DNA from: Candidatus Poseidoniaceae archaeon | GTDB taxonomy: Archaea; Thermoplasmatota; Poseidoniia; Poseidoniales; Poseidoniaceae | DNA: 64,000 bases | NCBI GenBank assembly: GCA_049438185.1 | Contig: JBMTJI010000004.1 | Coordinates: forward strand, 15,947 to 79,946 | Reading direction: 5' to 3' | Shown: piece by piece, positions 37,850-47,449 of the stretch | Layout: the number at the start of each line of letters is the position of its first letter | Numbering within the stretch: position 1 is the stretch's first letter | Position numbers and translations under genes: made by a program | Notes under the pieces: model-generated | What the model saw: only the letters and a program-made list of their open reading frames with translations | Database searches by the model: none | What the model was told of the DNA's origin: nothing

Positions 37850-39656
37850 TTTTCCATAAACGGTTGCCGTCGCTCGTAGAAACGGTTGGATAATTTGGCT
37901 CGAGCGAGACGTTGAGCAACCCCTCATGCATCACTGAATTTCGAGCATACATCACTCGAACAGTGGTTCCTACCTTGCCTTTGAGATTTGACTTAAGTTG
38001 ATCCGCATTGACAACTCGAACGCCATCGACGGCAACGATCTCATCTCCAACTTGCAATTGTTCGCGAACTGGAGAATCTTGCATGTGACTGGTGACTTTG
38101 AGTTTGTTTCCTTGTGAACGAACATGGACGCCAAGCCATCCTTGGGAAAATTGTTCCCAAACGACGGTTTCAGTCCCTTCTTTTCGTTTCGGCTCATCCG
38201 ATGGTTTGTAATCCAATCCGAAAAGAGAGAATGCTTTGGCGAGGTCAAGATTCCCCGCTTCCTTTGTGATGTCATCGAGGAATGAACCGAGGCGACGACC
38301 GCCTGAGAGAGACGTGAGTGCCTTGCGAATATCGTTGTACTGAACGCCTCTCATCGACGAATCTTCAACGTGAATGTTGTGTTTTTCATACAACAATTTC
38401 ATCAAATCGCAAACGCCGTTCTCTCCTTTTGATCGCTTTCGTAGTTCTGCATCGAGTGCGAACATCGTTAATTCACCTTCGAGGTAGTATGAGATTTGCG
38501 TCTCTCGTGAGTAGGCATGGCTTCTATAGAGGTGAATCCATGCTTCATGACTCGCTTCACAGAGCGCTTGACAAGATGAACCACTTCGAGTATGATGTCG
38601 CTTGAGTTTACGCTTCATATCTGCAAAGTAGTCTTCTGAGCTCCAGGCGCCAGAACGCAGGCACATAATGTCTCCAATCCATGAGGTTGCTCCTTCAAAC
38701 CACCACAACAAATCCGTGTTGACCTCTCGTTGCAGATCGTAATCAATGAATCGTTTAGGCCGAAGTCGTTTGACATTCCACTGATGGACATATTCATGAC
38801 TGAACAGGCTGACTAGGTCACGATAGTCTTCAACATGACCCGGTTGGAGTGATGTTCTTGGTACCATTGAGGTCTGCGAATTTGTATGTTCAAGACCGCC
38901 GCGACCACCATCGGTCAAATGGAGGATGGTATGGTATGGGTCATCAAGTGGGCCAAACAAGGCATGGTGTTCGGAAATGATGTTCTTCATGTCCTGAATA
39001 AATCGCTCCAGCATGATTTGGTTTGGAGTATTTCCGCCAGCATCCCAATAGTGGAGCGAGTGGTCACGTCCTCCAACCTTGAATCGATGGATTTCGTTTG
39101 CATTGCATTCAGCAATTCCGTCAAGCAATGCGTCTCTATGTTCCGCTGTGTATGTATGACGTTTTGCTGAGTCATGGGATGTTGTTTGCTGATGCTTCAA
39201 TTGAGTCGAAACATTCCAGTTCGATGGCAAAATGAATTCAACGGTATGGGCTGAATCCATTCGGGATGCCTCGATTCCAGACGTCGGAAGAAACCATGTG
39301 AACGGGGGCATCATGTGCAAATGGGATTCATCCAAATGGTTTGATCGGACTGTGTTTTCAACGCAAAGAAGTTTGTAACATATCCGTACTTTCGATACGG
39401 AAGCGAGATCTCGAATCACAATTGAGTCAACATTTCGTCGTACAACGTTGAGCGAATTGCCTTGTTCATCAAAAGCTTCCAAATGTGAAACGTGTTGAAT
39501 TGGTTCGCGTAGAAAGTAAGATCCTGGCACCCATCGTGGGAAGGAGAGCTTCAGTGCAGAGGATGTGAAAGGCGCACTCACTTCAATTTCAACAAACAAA
39601 CGCTGGTCGCCAGCATCGGTCGCATCCACACGGAAAACCACGTTCGAACTCGTCAT
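37815..39656 (-). CDS. M61-family glycyl aminopeptidase with a C-terminal PDZ domain
   Basis: HEYVHQWNVKRLRP zinc motif with downstream WWFEGATSW, and a PDZ-like C-terminus (GWLGV...LQVGDEIVAVDGVRV). Confidence 0.8.
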   Translation of the reverse strand: MTSSNVVFRVDATDAGDQRLFVEIEVSAPFTSSALKLSFPRWVPGSYFLREPIQHVSHLEAFDEQGNSLNVVRRNVDSIVIRDLASVSKVRICYKLLCVENTVRSNHLDESHLHMMPPFTWFLPTSGIEASRMDSAHTVEFILPSNWNVSTQLKHQQTTSHDSAKRHTYTAEHRDALLDGIAECNANEIHRFKVGGRDHSLHYWDAGGNTPNQIMLERFIQDMKNIISEHHALFGPLDDPYHTILHLTDGGRGGLEHTNSQTSMVPRTSLQPGHVEDYRDLVSLFSHEYVHQWNVKRLRPKRFIDYDLQREVNTDLLWWFEGATSWIGDIMCLRSGAWSSEDYFADMKRKLKRHHTRSGSSCQALCEASHEAWIHLYRSHAYSRETQISYYLEGELTMFALDAELRKRSKGENGVCDLMKLLYEKHNIHVEDSSMRGVQYNDIRKALTSLSGGRRLGSFLDDITKEAGNLDLAKAFSLFGLDYKPSDEPKRKEGTETVVWEQFSQGWLGVHVRSQGNKLKVTSHMQDSPVREQLQVGDEIVAVDGVRVVNADQLKSNLKGKVGTTVRVMYARNSVMHEGLLNVSLEPNYPTVSTSDGNRLWKTTIRSRQADSA

Positions 39657-39671
39657 GTGGAAAACGCTGTT

Positions 39672-40664
39672 CTATGCAGTGTATAGGTTCTGTGCTGCAC
39701 TCAGGACAAGTTCATCCGTTGATTCAGAAATCAATTTTGAGGCGAGTTCCTGAATTTCAGGTTCATCTTGCCGATGGAGCAAACGCTCGAGCAATCTCGA
39801 CTTATCGATACTGTCAACGTGTTCATGGAATAACATCTCCGCCCTCAAAGCATCGCTTTTGACATCGTTCCGGCCTACAAGCCATCGGGCGACAATCGAG
39901 GTACAATCACCGTCAATGAGGGTACGCAATCGAGAATCGTCCGCCTCATCAACAGCATCTTTCAAGGCCTCAACGAGAAATTTACGTTGGCTATTTCCTT
40001 TCGCTCTCATCAATTCAACGAGATTTGGTAAATGGCGTTCAAGGGCAATAGGAATGGCGAGTTTCCATAATGCATCATCGTTTTCGATGGCATACTGTAG
40101 CGCATCGTTCTGTTCGGAATTCAATTCGATACGGAAGAGCGAAGACGCTGCTTGCCGGCGAACATCTGGATGTGAATCGTTCAGAGATTTCAGGAGTTCA
40201 CTCACATCATTGCTGACTTCTGTTGCGTACATTCGCACGACGTGATCGTCTGAACCTTGGAACGCGTTCAATTCAGATTCTGATGCTTCGTTGCTCGAAA
40301 TCAGCTGATGAACTGCCCGACGAACGATCACATCATCATCGCAGTCCAACAGGAGCCGAGATAGTCTTGCGGCTTGCGTATTGTCTAGAATCGATTCAAG
40401 GACGTTTGCAACACATCGCAGACCATCGAGTTCGCCGCCTCGAGCGAGTTGTTCAAGGAGGTGTGGCGCATGCTTTGGGGCCCATCGACGGTACGCTTCA
40501 ATTGCTTTGTTACGAAACCAAATGTCCTTGTCTTCGAGGAGTGGAGAAAACGCTTCAACACTCTCGTACGCATCTGCATCGAAGAGAATCCGAACGGCTC
40601 TTCGGCGTTGCCGAACATCTTTGTGTTTGAGTTTAGCAATGGCGGAATGAATGTTTGCGACCAT
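39672..40664 (-). CDS. HEAT-repeat protein
   Basis: Repeated helical units with D.RVR..A pattern (DVRQRRRAVRIL, DIWFRNKAIEAY, HPDVRRQAASSL). Confidence 0.65.
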   Translation of the reverse strand: MVANIHSAIAKLKHKDVRQRRRAVRILFDADAYESVEAFSPLLEDKDIWFRNKAIEAYRRWAPKHAPHLLEQLARGGELDGLRCVANVLESILDNTQAARLSRLLLDCDDDVIVRRAVHQLISSNEASESELNAFQGSDDHVVRMYATEVSNDVSELLKSLNDSHPDVRRQAASSLFRIELNSEQNDALQYAIENDDALWKLAIPIALERHLPNLVELMRAKGNSQRKFLVEALKDAVDEADDSRLRTLIDGDCTSIVARWLVGRNDVKSDALRAEMLFHEHVDSIDKSRLLERLLHRQDEPEIQELASKLISESTDELVLSAAQNLYTA

Positions 40665-40673
40665 GGTTCAACC

Positions 40674-41642
40674 TCATGGTTTGAATTCATCAAAGAAAAA
40701 GCCTGAGTCATCGTCTTGATTCACATCGCCAGGACGTGCTAGGGTTGGTGCAAACATGAGTTGAATCATTGGCCAGAGTTGAACAAAATCTTGCATATGG
40801 GCCGTGATGAATGCTTCCAAATCACCTTCTTCGGCATCCATCATCGTTCGCAACTCATCAGCAATGACTCCAAGCCGTTGGAGTTCCTCGGCCTCACAGA
40901 GTTCCATTTCGTGACATGTTTCAATCAACGTTTCAATCAAATCGGCGATTTCCAACGCAGTCAGTGGCTGAGGTTCACTTTCCACAATATCGACTGGTCC
41001 GAAGGAAACAGGTCCGAGTGACGTAGGATGCAACACATCAAGCTGGCGTTCGTTTTTCATCAATTCTTGTGAATGATGATCACCGATTGGTGCAATGACA
41101 AACCCACCTTCAACAATACGCTCTTCCATCCAAGAAGGAACAACTGGGACGCTGCCCGTAATCAAAACCCGACTGAGTTCACCCGGCAATTCGATAGGAG
41201 CAACGTCAATGGATTCGACATGACGGAGGTCAATTGTCGGCCATCCAACCAATGCATTTGCTGTGTGTTTGACAATTTCTTCTGAGGGGTCGATGACGAT
41301 GACCTTTCCTTCCTCTCCAACAATGGTTGCGACGAGGGCTGCCAAATATCCTCCTTTCGAGCCAACGAGAAGCACTTCCTGCCCGGGCATTAACTCGAGG
41401 TGATGAAGGAGTGTAACGATCATATGAGGTGCTGATATTGTTTTAACGCCACCATTTTCGGTTTCCATAAAGACAACTGGACGATCGTGGAAGAAACCAT
41501 CAAAATCATACGTTGTAAATTGTTCAAGATGGAGCTGGCACATAGCTTCTCTGACAGGTTGAGGCACTTCGATTCCGGAATCAGAAATCCGGTCAAGAAG
41601 TTGTCTCATCTCCTCCATGAGATTCACAAAACATTGACTCAT
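40674..41642 (-). CDS. pcm: Protein-L-isoaspartate O-methyltransferase-like protein with a C-terminal acidic extension
   Basis: TISAPHMIVTLLHHLELMPGQEVLLVGSKGGYLAALVA...GKVIVIDPS...GGFVIAPIG follows the PCMT pattern. Motif I reads GSKGGY rather than GTGSGY. Confidence 0.65.
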   Translation of the reverse strand: MSQCFVNLMEEMRQLLDRISDSGIEVPQPVREAMCQLHLEQFTTYDFDGFFHDRPVVFMETENGGVKTISAPHMIVTLLHHLELMPGQEVLLVGSKGGYLAALVATIVGEEGKVIVIDPSEEIVKHTANALVGWPTIDLRHVESIDVAPIELPGELSRVLITGSVPVVPSWMEERIVEGGFVIAPIGDHHSQELMKNERQLDVLHPTSLGPVSFGPVDIVESEPQPLTALEIADLIETLIETCHEMELCEAEELQRLGVIADELRTMMDAEEGDLEAFITAHMQDFVQLWPMIQLMFAPTLARPGDVNQDDDSGFFFDEFKP

Positions 41643-41657
41643 AAAAACATGAGCGAA

Positions 41658-42551
41658 TTAAGAGATGTCATCTTGGATGCGCTTGAGAATTTCTTCGGGA
41701 TGTTCACTCGCATCAAGTTCAGGTATGTTTTCGGCATCAGCGGGCAATTCATCAGCGATACTGTCTTTGATTCGTTTTACAAGTCCAGTAAACGATTCGG
41801 TCTGATATTCCTCAGATTGTTCCATATCTGCTTCCATCGTTTCAACGATGGTTCTTGCCTGTTCTACAGTAAGTCGAACATCCGTCATTGATGAGAACAT
41901 ATCGTCCATGAGAATTCCTTCGATTTTCGTAAGGTGTTCAGAAATCGTCGCCCTTGCTAAGCCGAGTTGTTCAGCAAGTTCCGTGATCTTGATACGCTTG
42001 GGTAAATCATAGTAGCCTCGGTCGTAAGCAAACTTTGCAAGTTTGAGTTGTTTTTCTGTCAAAACCGTATCTCGATTCTGAGGCGTAAGTTTGAGTGTTC
42101 TTGCACTCGTTCGATCGGGTTTGGCCATCAAGCGTAAAACACCGGACAGGAGGCGCAATTTCATGGATGACCCTTGCAAGATGTATGTGAGTCCCTCATC
42201 GTCCAATTTGGAGCCAGCAACGGCATATGTGCCGTTGGTTCTAGCATTGAGAATTGGAAGGGGGTGAATCACTCGACAAATCACGAGATGTCCCTCGTCA
42301 GGGTTTTCCGCCTCTTGAACGACTTCAAGAATTTCCAACGATTCGATACTTTGTAAATCATCGATACCCTGTCCCTCATGAAGGTGAAATTTGAACAGAC
42401 ATCGTATATCTTTGGGGACACGCTTGATGTAGGACAAGAATTCAATTCGCTTTGCAATATCCAAAATCTGTTCGAGCCCGATAGCGTCGAGGCGGTCAAT
42501 TTTCCAAAAGAAAGAGACCTCCCGCATATACAGGACTCCGATGTTCTTCAA
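41658..42551 (-). CDS. HTH_10 (bacterio-opsin-activator-type) DNA-binding protein
   Basis: LTEKQLKLAKFAYDRGYYDLPKRIKITELAEQLGLARATISEHLTKIEGILM is the HTH_10 signature. Acidic C-terminal tail. Confidence 0.7.
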   Translation of the reverse strand: MKNIGVLYMREVSFFWKIDRLDAIGLEQILDIAKRIEFLSYIKRVPKDIRCLFKFHLHEGQGIDDLQSIESLEILEVVQEAENPDEGHLVICRVIHPLPILNARTNGTYAVAGSKLDDEGLTYILQGSSMKLRLLSGVLRLMAKPDRTSARTLKLTPQNRDTVLTEKQLKLAKFAYDRGYYDLPKRIKITELAEQLGLARATISEHLTKIEGILMDDMFSSMTDVRLTVEQARTIVETMEADMEQSEEYQTESFTGLVKRIKDSIADELPADAENIPELDASEHPEEILKRIQDDIS

Positions 42552-42573
42552 AATAAGTGAATCTACCTATTGA

Positions 42574-43224
42574 TTACCTCATTTCCAACCATCCAAGGAA
42601 GGTTGCGATGGGTAAGAAAATGGCGAGAAGCATATTGACCCTTTTGCGTTGATTGCGGAGACGTTCAGGCAACTCGGGTGCAATTTCAATGGCAGATGTG
42701 TATCTTGATTGCCTCGTCTTTGGGAATTGCTGATCGAGAATGGAGAGAACTTTTGCCCTCAATTCAGGTTGACGACTGCTACTAATACCGCGGCCAACCA
42801 TGAAACGAACTGGAAATTCATTGGTGAGTGGTGTTGCACGAGTAAGAATCTCTTCGACTCGACTTGAATCATGAAGATCGATTCGAACGGTTCGTCCATC
42901 ACTGCGAACATGACTGAGAATCCTCCACTTACCTTGCCCCTCATCCATCCCTTCAAGGGCAGACATCGTTCTTTGGATTGGAGCTATATCTGACGCGACC
43001 GGGCGTTCACGTTTTGAGAGAAACGGCCCCAAAAGGATTCCACCGACCAATGGGAAAATGGTGATGAGATAGACGATTCGCATCAATTCCTCTGGGCTGG
43101 TTAAAGCAGAGACAAGAGCAAGACTGAAGCCGAAATATAGGCCGAGAAAAGCACCTGCTTGAAGACCAAGCCACAACCCAACTGGTTCGGTTGAGGGTTC
43201 TCCCATAGACCTCCGATGAAGCAT
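42574..43224 (-). CDS. Hypothetical membrane protein
   Basis: Two N-terminal helices and one C-terminal hydrophobic helix around a soluble segment. No family recognised. Confidence 0.4.
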   Translation of the reverse strand: MLHRRSMGEPSTEPVGLWLGLQAGAFLGLYFGFSLALVSALTSPEELMRIVYLITIFPLVGGILLGPFLSKRERPVASDIAPIQRTMSALEGMDEGQGKWRILSHVRSDGRTVRIDLHDSSRVEEILTRATPLTNEFPVRFMVGRGISSSRQPELRAKVLSILDQQFPKTRQSRYTSAIEIAPELPERLRNQRKRVNMLLAIFLPIATFLGWLEMR

Positions 43225-43282
43225 GATAAAATGAATCCGTCGCTATGTCAATGATTAAATGAGGCAATTGTAAGCCTTGGGC

Positions 43283-43978
43283 ATGGAACGCAATGGGCTT
43301 GAGTCAAGAACTCGAGACCAGAAGGTCGGCCTCTGGATTGGTGGAATCAGTTTCTTCTTTCTAGCGTCCTTCTTTCTCGCACCACTATTTGTCGAATCAG
43401 GCACGATTGTCGAACTTTCTGGTCGAGCAAACATGTTTGACTATCACAAAGAGAACGATCAAAATTTCACATGGACGGAACTCAACCCATACAGCGCAGC
43501 AATCTATGCGTTTGGCGACCTCAATTGCCACAACAAACACGAGCGATCATGGTCAATCAATGGGAATCAAATGCCTGTTTGCGTCCGTGATATTGGCATC
43601 TTTGCCGGACTGGCACTTGGAGGATTCGTTTATTCTCGTCGTGGCGTTAATCGATGGACGATTCGTGACACGTTCTTGTCGATTCTACCCGATGAGACGT
43701 TGCAACCCATCTACAGGAAAAACCGTAGAACTCTGTTGTTTGTAACGATTGGAATCATCTGCGTTGTTCCCATGGCGGTGGATGGTTTCACACAACTCCT
43801 GATGGATAGAGAATCAACAACATTTCTTCGATTGGTAACTGGCATTCCATTCGGAATTGGTTTGGGACTCTTCTTTGCAGCGGCTTACAGTGCCCGACCA
43901 AACAAATTCAGCAAGCCATCGCAAGTCAAACTCCCAGGAAACGTTCGATTCCAGCGCCCGCCTCAGGAAGAGGAATGA
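43283..43978 (+). CDS. DUF2085-family membrane protein
   Basis: CHNKHERSWSINGNQMPVCVRDIGIFAG matches the DUF2085 'CHq..eRsf......plCaRc.Giy' core. The track start is TTG 43277. Confidence 0.6.
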   Translation: MERNGLESRTRDQKVGLWIGGISFFFLASFFLAPLFVESGTIVELSGRANMFDYHKENDQNFTWTELNPYSAAIYAFGDLNCHNKHERSWSINGNQMPVCVRDIGIFAGLALGGFVYSRRGVNRWTIRDTFLSILPDETLQPIYRKNRRTLLFVTIGIICVVPMAVDGFTQLLMDRESTTFLRLVTGIPFGIGLGLFFAAAYSARPNKFSKPSQVKLPGNVRFQRPPQEEE

Positions 43979-45318
43979 TCAGGTGGTGGCATTGACCACC
44001 AAACCAGCAATTGCTCAGCATTTTCAGGAACTGGACAATTCTCATGGCCGCTTGTCAAAATTCGCAAGCGTTCGATTGTGTTCTCAACCGCTTTGTTGAA
44101 TTGAGGGTTGGGTTGTTGTAAAATTTCTTCAAGAGATTTTTCCCAAGCCGAATCGGGATTGTTCTTTCTCCAGGTTGAAAGTGCAACTCGAAACGGCCAC
44201 ATGGCCAAGGTCAAGCGAGCAAAACCAATCCATGCGTCTCGAAGTTTGAACACCTGCCCTTCTGCAAATGGTATGTGATGTTGTTGACGATGAATCCAGT
44301 TCGCTTCTTCAAGCCATTTGACGAGACGTTGCGTGTGGCGTTGTGTGACCATCCGATGTGGCCCAAGTGATTTATGCAAACGAGGAATCTCACACGATCC
44401 TGCCATAAGTGAAAGTGTTCCGAGAATCGACCAACTCGAGCGAGCGAGAGGATTACTCGGAACATCAGATTGCCGTGCTTGGCTTGAATCCCACTCATTT
44501 TCTGCACTTTGCATCCATTGTGCAGGAGACCTACCACCCAGCCATCCAATGTGAACAGATGTACGTTCCATAGGCGCACCTGGAAGTCGGGTTTGTTGCT
44601 GAACATCATGGGCGAGTTTGTTAAGTAAGTATCTGTCTACTTTATCTGGGTCGACATTTAGAGGAATGGGTCTTCGATTGAAGAATTGACGCAATTCTCG
44701 ACGTAACTTCTGTCGCAGCTCATCCAAACCACCTTCGTTCAAAATCGGCCCGACAATGCAACATTTGTCGAAAGGTGGAGTGACCTGAATTGCACCTGTG
44801 AAGAGGTCATTGAACCCTTGGCGAATGGTTTTTTGAATTTCAGGCGTTTCGAAATACTCTTGCTTATCGCTGCTCATTCGTAGTGTTGCATGCTTGATTC
44901 GTTCAATCGCCCTGTCCGGATCGCAATCGATCCAAACCACGAGGTCTGGAATCATTGAGGCTGAATTGACTTGACAAACCGTGTCGATACCAAGTTCACC
45001 AACAACACCTTGGTAGATGATGGAGGAGTGAATGTTTCGATCGGAAACAACAACTTCACCTCGTTCAAGTCGTGGCTTTATCCAAGTATGGGAGTGGTCA
45101 AGACGGTCTGCTGCGAACAATCCTGCTTCCTGAAGGGGCGTTTTATCACCGATTTTAACAGCTTCAAGGGCGAGTTTGCCTAGGTCACTGTGCCGACGAG
45201 GTTCATGGGTTCGATGGACTTCATGAAATGGATAGTTCGAGAGAAGTTCGGTCAGGATTCGCACAGCCTCGCCTTTGCCAGAACCATCTCCACCTTCAAC
45301 GGTGATGAGATACATCAC
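43963..45318 (-). CDS. tmk: Thymidylate kinase domain fused to a C-terminal domain of about 230 aa with unknown function
   Basis: ITVEGGDGSGKG P-loop, HEPRR, FAADRLDH, VVSDRNIHSSIIYQG, then a Trp/Arg-rich unrecognised C-half. Confidence 0.65.
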   Translation of the reverse strand: MMYLITVEGGDGSGKGEAVRILTELLSNYPFHEVHRTHEPRRHSDLGKLALEAVKIGDKTPLQEAGLFAADRLDHSHTWIKPRLERGEVVVSDRNIHSSIIYQGVVGELGIDTVCQVNSASMIPDLVVWIDCDPDRAIERIKHATLRMSSDKQEYFETPEIQKTIRQGFNDLFTGAIQVTPPFDKCCIVGPILNEGGLDELRQKLRRELRQFFNRRPIPLNVDPDKVDRYLLNKLAHDVQQQTRLPGAPMERTSVHIGWLGGRSPAQWMQSAENEWDSSQARQSDVPSNPLARSSWSILGTLSLMAGSCEIPRLHKSLGPHRMVTQRHTQRLVKWLEEANWIHRQQHHIPFAEGQVFKLRDAWIGFARLTLAMWPFRVALSTWRKNNPDSAWEKSLEEILQQPNPQFNKAVENTIERLRILTSGHENCPVPENAEQLLVWWSMPPPDHSSS

Positions 45319-46136
45319 TCCACCTCAGGATGTTGAAATTCGTCCTTGGCCAGGATCATCAATCCCATACCGCAGAGAATGAGGAAGGGTCCGAAAATAA
45401 TGAACCCTCGACTGAACAAAGCGAATCCAGCAAGGTATTGTGTTCTGCGATAGTTGCTTGCCTTGCGTGAATCAACGGCTGCTTTGATTCCAACCATACC
45501 TGCAAGAATGGTGACCAATGCAATTCCAGTTGAGAGTGCTATTGCGTTTTCCAGAGACCATCCTGAGTTGGTTTGTGTGAAATCTTCCTCGACAGTTCCG
45601 TTTCCTTGACTAAGCGTGAAGGGAGTTTGTGTGGCGGTGTTTGGCGTGAACGTTCGTTCAATCGTCACAAACCCTTCAGATGAAACGCGAAGAATATGGG
45701 ATGAAGAAACCACATTCTCAAATTGATAATAGCCATACGAGTTGGTTTCAGTGGACTGTATGACCTCCTTCGTGTCTTCATCGATCAGTTCAATCAAGAC
45801 GTCTTCCATCGATTCGCCCGATTCAGCAACGAGAACAATTCCATAGACATCGACGACACCCTCCCGATCCAAAGTATCGTTCAACAATTCTGCAGGATTT
45901 CCTTGCAAAAGCAATATTCCGGTGATGATTCCAAGAACACTACCAATAAAGATGAGCGACGATGCAAGCGCAAGAAGGCCATTTGTTTCTTCAATGAGGA
46001 GAAGATCTTCACCCTCCGTTGTCGCAGCTATTACTTCAGTCTCTTGGACAACGAGTTCCTCCGTTTCAGGTTCTTCTCCTGAAAGTTTCTCACGAACACG
46101 TGCACGGAGTGCTTCACGTCGTTCGTTGATGTCCAT
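45315..46136 (-). CDS. Membrane protein with a carboxypeptidase-regulatory-like (CarboxypepD_reg) beta-sandwich domain
   Basis: VDVYGIVLVAESGESMEDVLIELIDEDTKEVIQSTETNSYGYYQFENVVSSSHILRVSSEGFV, flanked by hydrophobic helices. Start taken at ATG 46136 (MDINERR). Confidence 0.5.
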   Translation of the reverse strand: MDINERREALRARVREKLSGEEPETEELVVQETEVIAATTEGEDLLLIEETNGLLALASSLIFIGSVLGIITGILLLQGNPAELLNDTLDREGVVDVYGIVLVAESGESMEDVLIELIDEDTKEVIQSTETNSYGYYQFENVVSSSHILRVSSEGFVTIERTFTPNTATQTPFTLSQGNGTVEEDFTQTNSGWSLENAIALSTGIALVTILAGMVGIKAAVDSRKASNYRRTQYLAGFALFSRGFIIFGPFLILCGMGLMILAKDEFQHPEVE

Positions 46137-46202
46137 ATTCAGTCCTCGATGACGGCTGGTGCGCGATAAACAAGTTTTCCCAGTGTATCCGCGCACGTAG
46201 AC

Positions 46203-47405
46203 CTACCGTTTCAAACGCACGCTTTCATGAAGACCAAGAAATGCCACGAAAATAAGTGCGATCACGGCAAAAACTGTACCAGTAACCATCGGGCTGTAGG
46301 TCGATGGTTGGTCTTCTTCAATCGAAGCAGGCGTTGAATCGTTTTGATTGGGCTCAACATTCAACCATGCGCCTACTCTGAGGCCAAGTTCAAGCAAACG
46401 TCCAATGTGAGCGAGCGATTCTGCAGACACCTTGTCCGGAGTATCGTCGTGCGTATGCCAATAGCCTTGCCATGCGGTTGCGTTCTCGCCGTACCGGATA
46501 TCAATGAAATCGATGGCAGGGATGCCTACATTGAGCATAGGAACGTGATCATCGATCACACCATCGGTTGTTGACAAATTAACGATATCTAACCCAGGGT
46601 TGCCGTTACAATCTGTGATGTTGTCCAATAATCCAAGAGGCCCGGAAAGTGTCTCGACCGCATTCCACAGTCTATCACCCTCCTCGTCCCCAATGTACGG
46701 TGGGAACGTGCGATAAATCTTCAAATCCGCATCACCAATCATATCGACAAGGAGAAACGCTTCAATTCTTGAAATGTCTTCATCAGTTCGGTTCTCTGCC
46801 CATGCTTTTGCACCGAGCATCGAAGGAGTCTGGCCTTGATCTTCGGCGTCGGTGAGAAGAATCCACACTTCATGGCTGAGGTTCATGGAGGGGATGATGC
46901 GAGCAAGTTCCCAAAGCACGGCCACGCCACTTCCTCCATCATTTGCCCCAGGAATCGGAACGTCGACCATGCTTTGGTTCGGATCCCGTTCTGCACGATC
47001 TCTTGAGTCATAATGTGCAGCAAGAACAACAACCGAGCCGGTCTCTTGGGCGTTTTCAGGAACCAACCTTCCTTCGAGATTTGTGAGATTGTATCCATCT
47101 CTCGAATGAGGATCCAACGTCCAGTCAAAAGCAGGTCTTGTCTCCATGAACCAATCTCTAAGTTCCTTTGAAGCGTTGCTACCTGGCAATCTTGCACCAA
47201 ATTCGACTTGCGTGGTGACGCTTTCATTTGCACTTTGGCCATCGAATTCAAGTTCGTTAATGGATGCGCAAAGGTCTGTTGATGCTGAAACAGGAGCTGC
47301 TAAGGAAGCCAAAATGAGGGCGGTAAAAACTACTGAAATCTTCAACCGAGAGTCCTCCAATGTATTGATGCTAAAGACGCGGGGTATTAAATACCTCATT
47401 TCCAC
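46203..47405 (-). CDS. M28-family aminopeptidase, signal peptide and C-terminal membrane anchor
   Basis: VLAAHYDS, GANDGGSGVAVLWELAR, ILLTDAEDQG, and an H..DT region. N-terminal hydrophobic signal and C-terminal helix VFAVIALIFVAFLGL. Confidence 0.75.
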   Translation of the reverse strand: MEMRYLIPRVFSINTLEDSRLKISVVFTALILASLAAPVSASTDLCASINELEFDGQSANESVTTQVEFGARLPGSNASKELRDWFMETRPAFDWTLDPHSRDGYNLTNLEGRLVPENAQETGSVVVLAAHYDSRDRAERDPNQSMVDVPIPGANDGGSGVAVLWELARIIPSMNLSHEVWILLTDAEDQGQTPSMLGAKAWAENRTDEDISRIEAFLLVDMIGDADLKIYRTFPPYIGDEEGDRLWNAVETLSGPLGLLDNITDCNGNPGLDIVNLSTTDGVIDDHVPMLNVGIPAIDFIDIRYGENATAWQGYWHTHDDTPDKVSAESLAHIGRLLELGLRVGAWLNVEPNQNDSTPASIEEDQPSTYSPMVTGTVFAVIALIFVAFLGLHESVRLKR

Positions 47406-47449
47406 ACAATGAATTGTGATACAGCATCACATTTTCCAGAGGATTTCAT

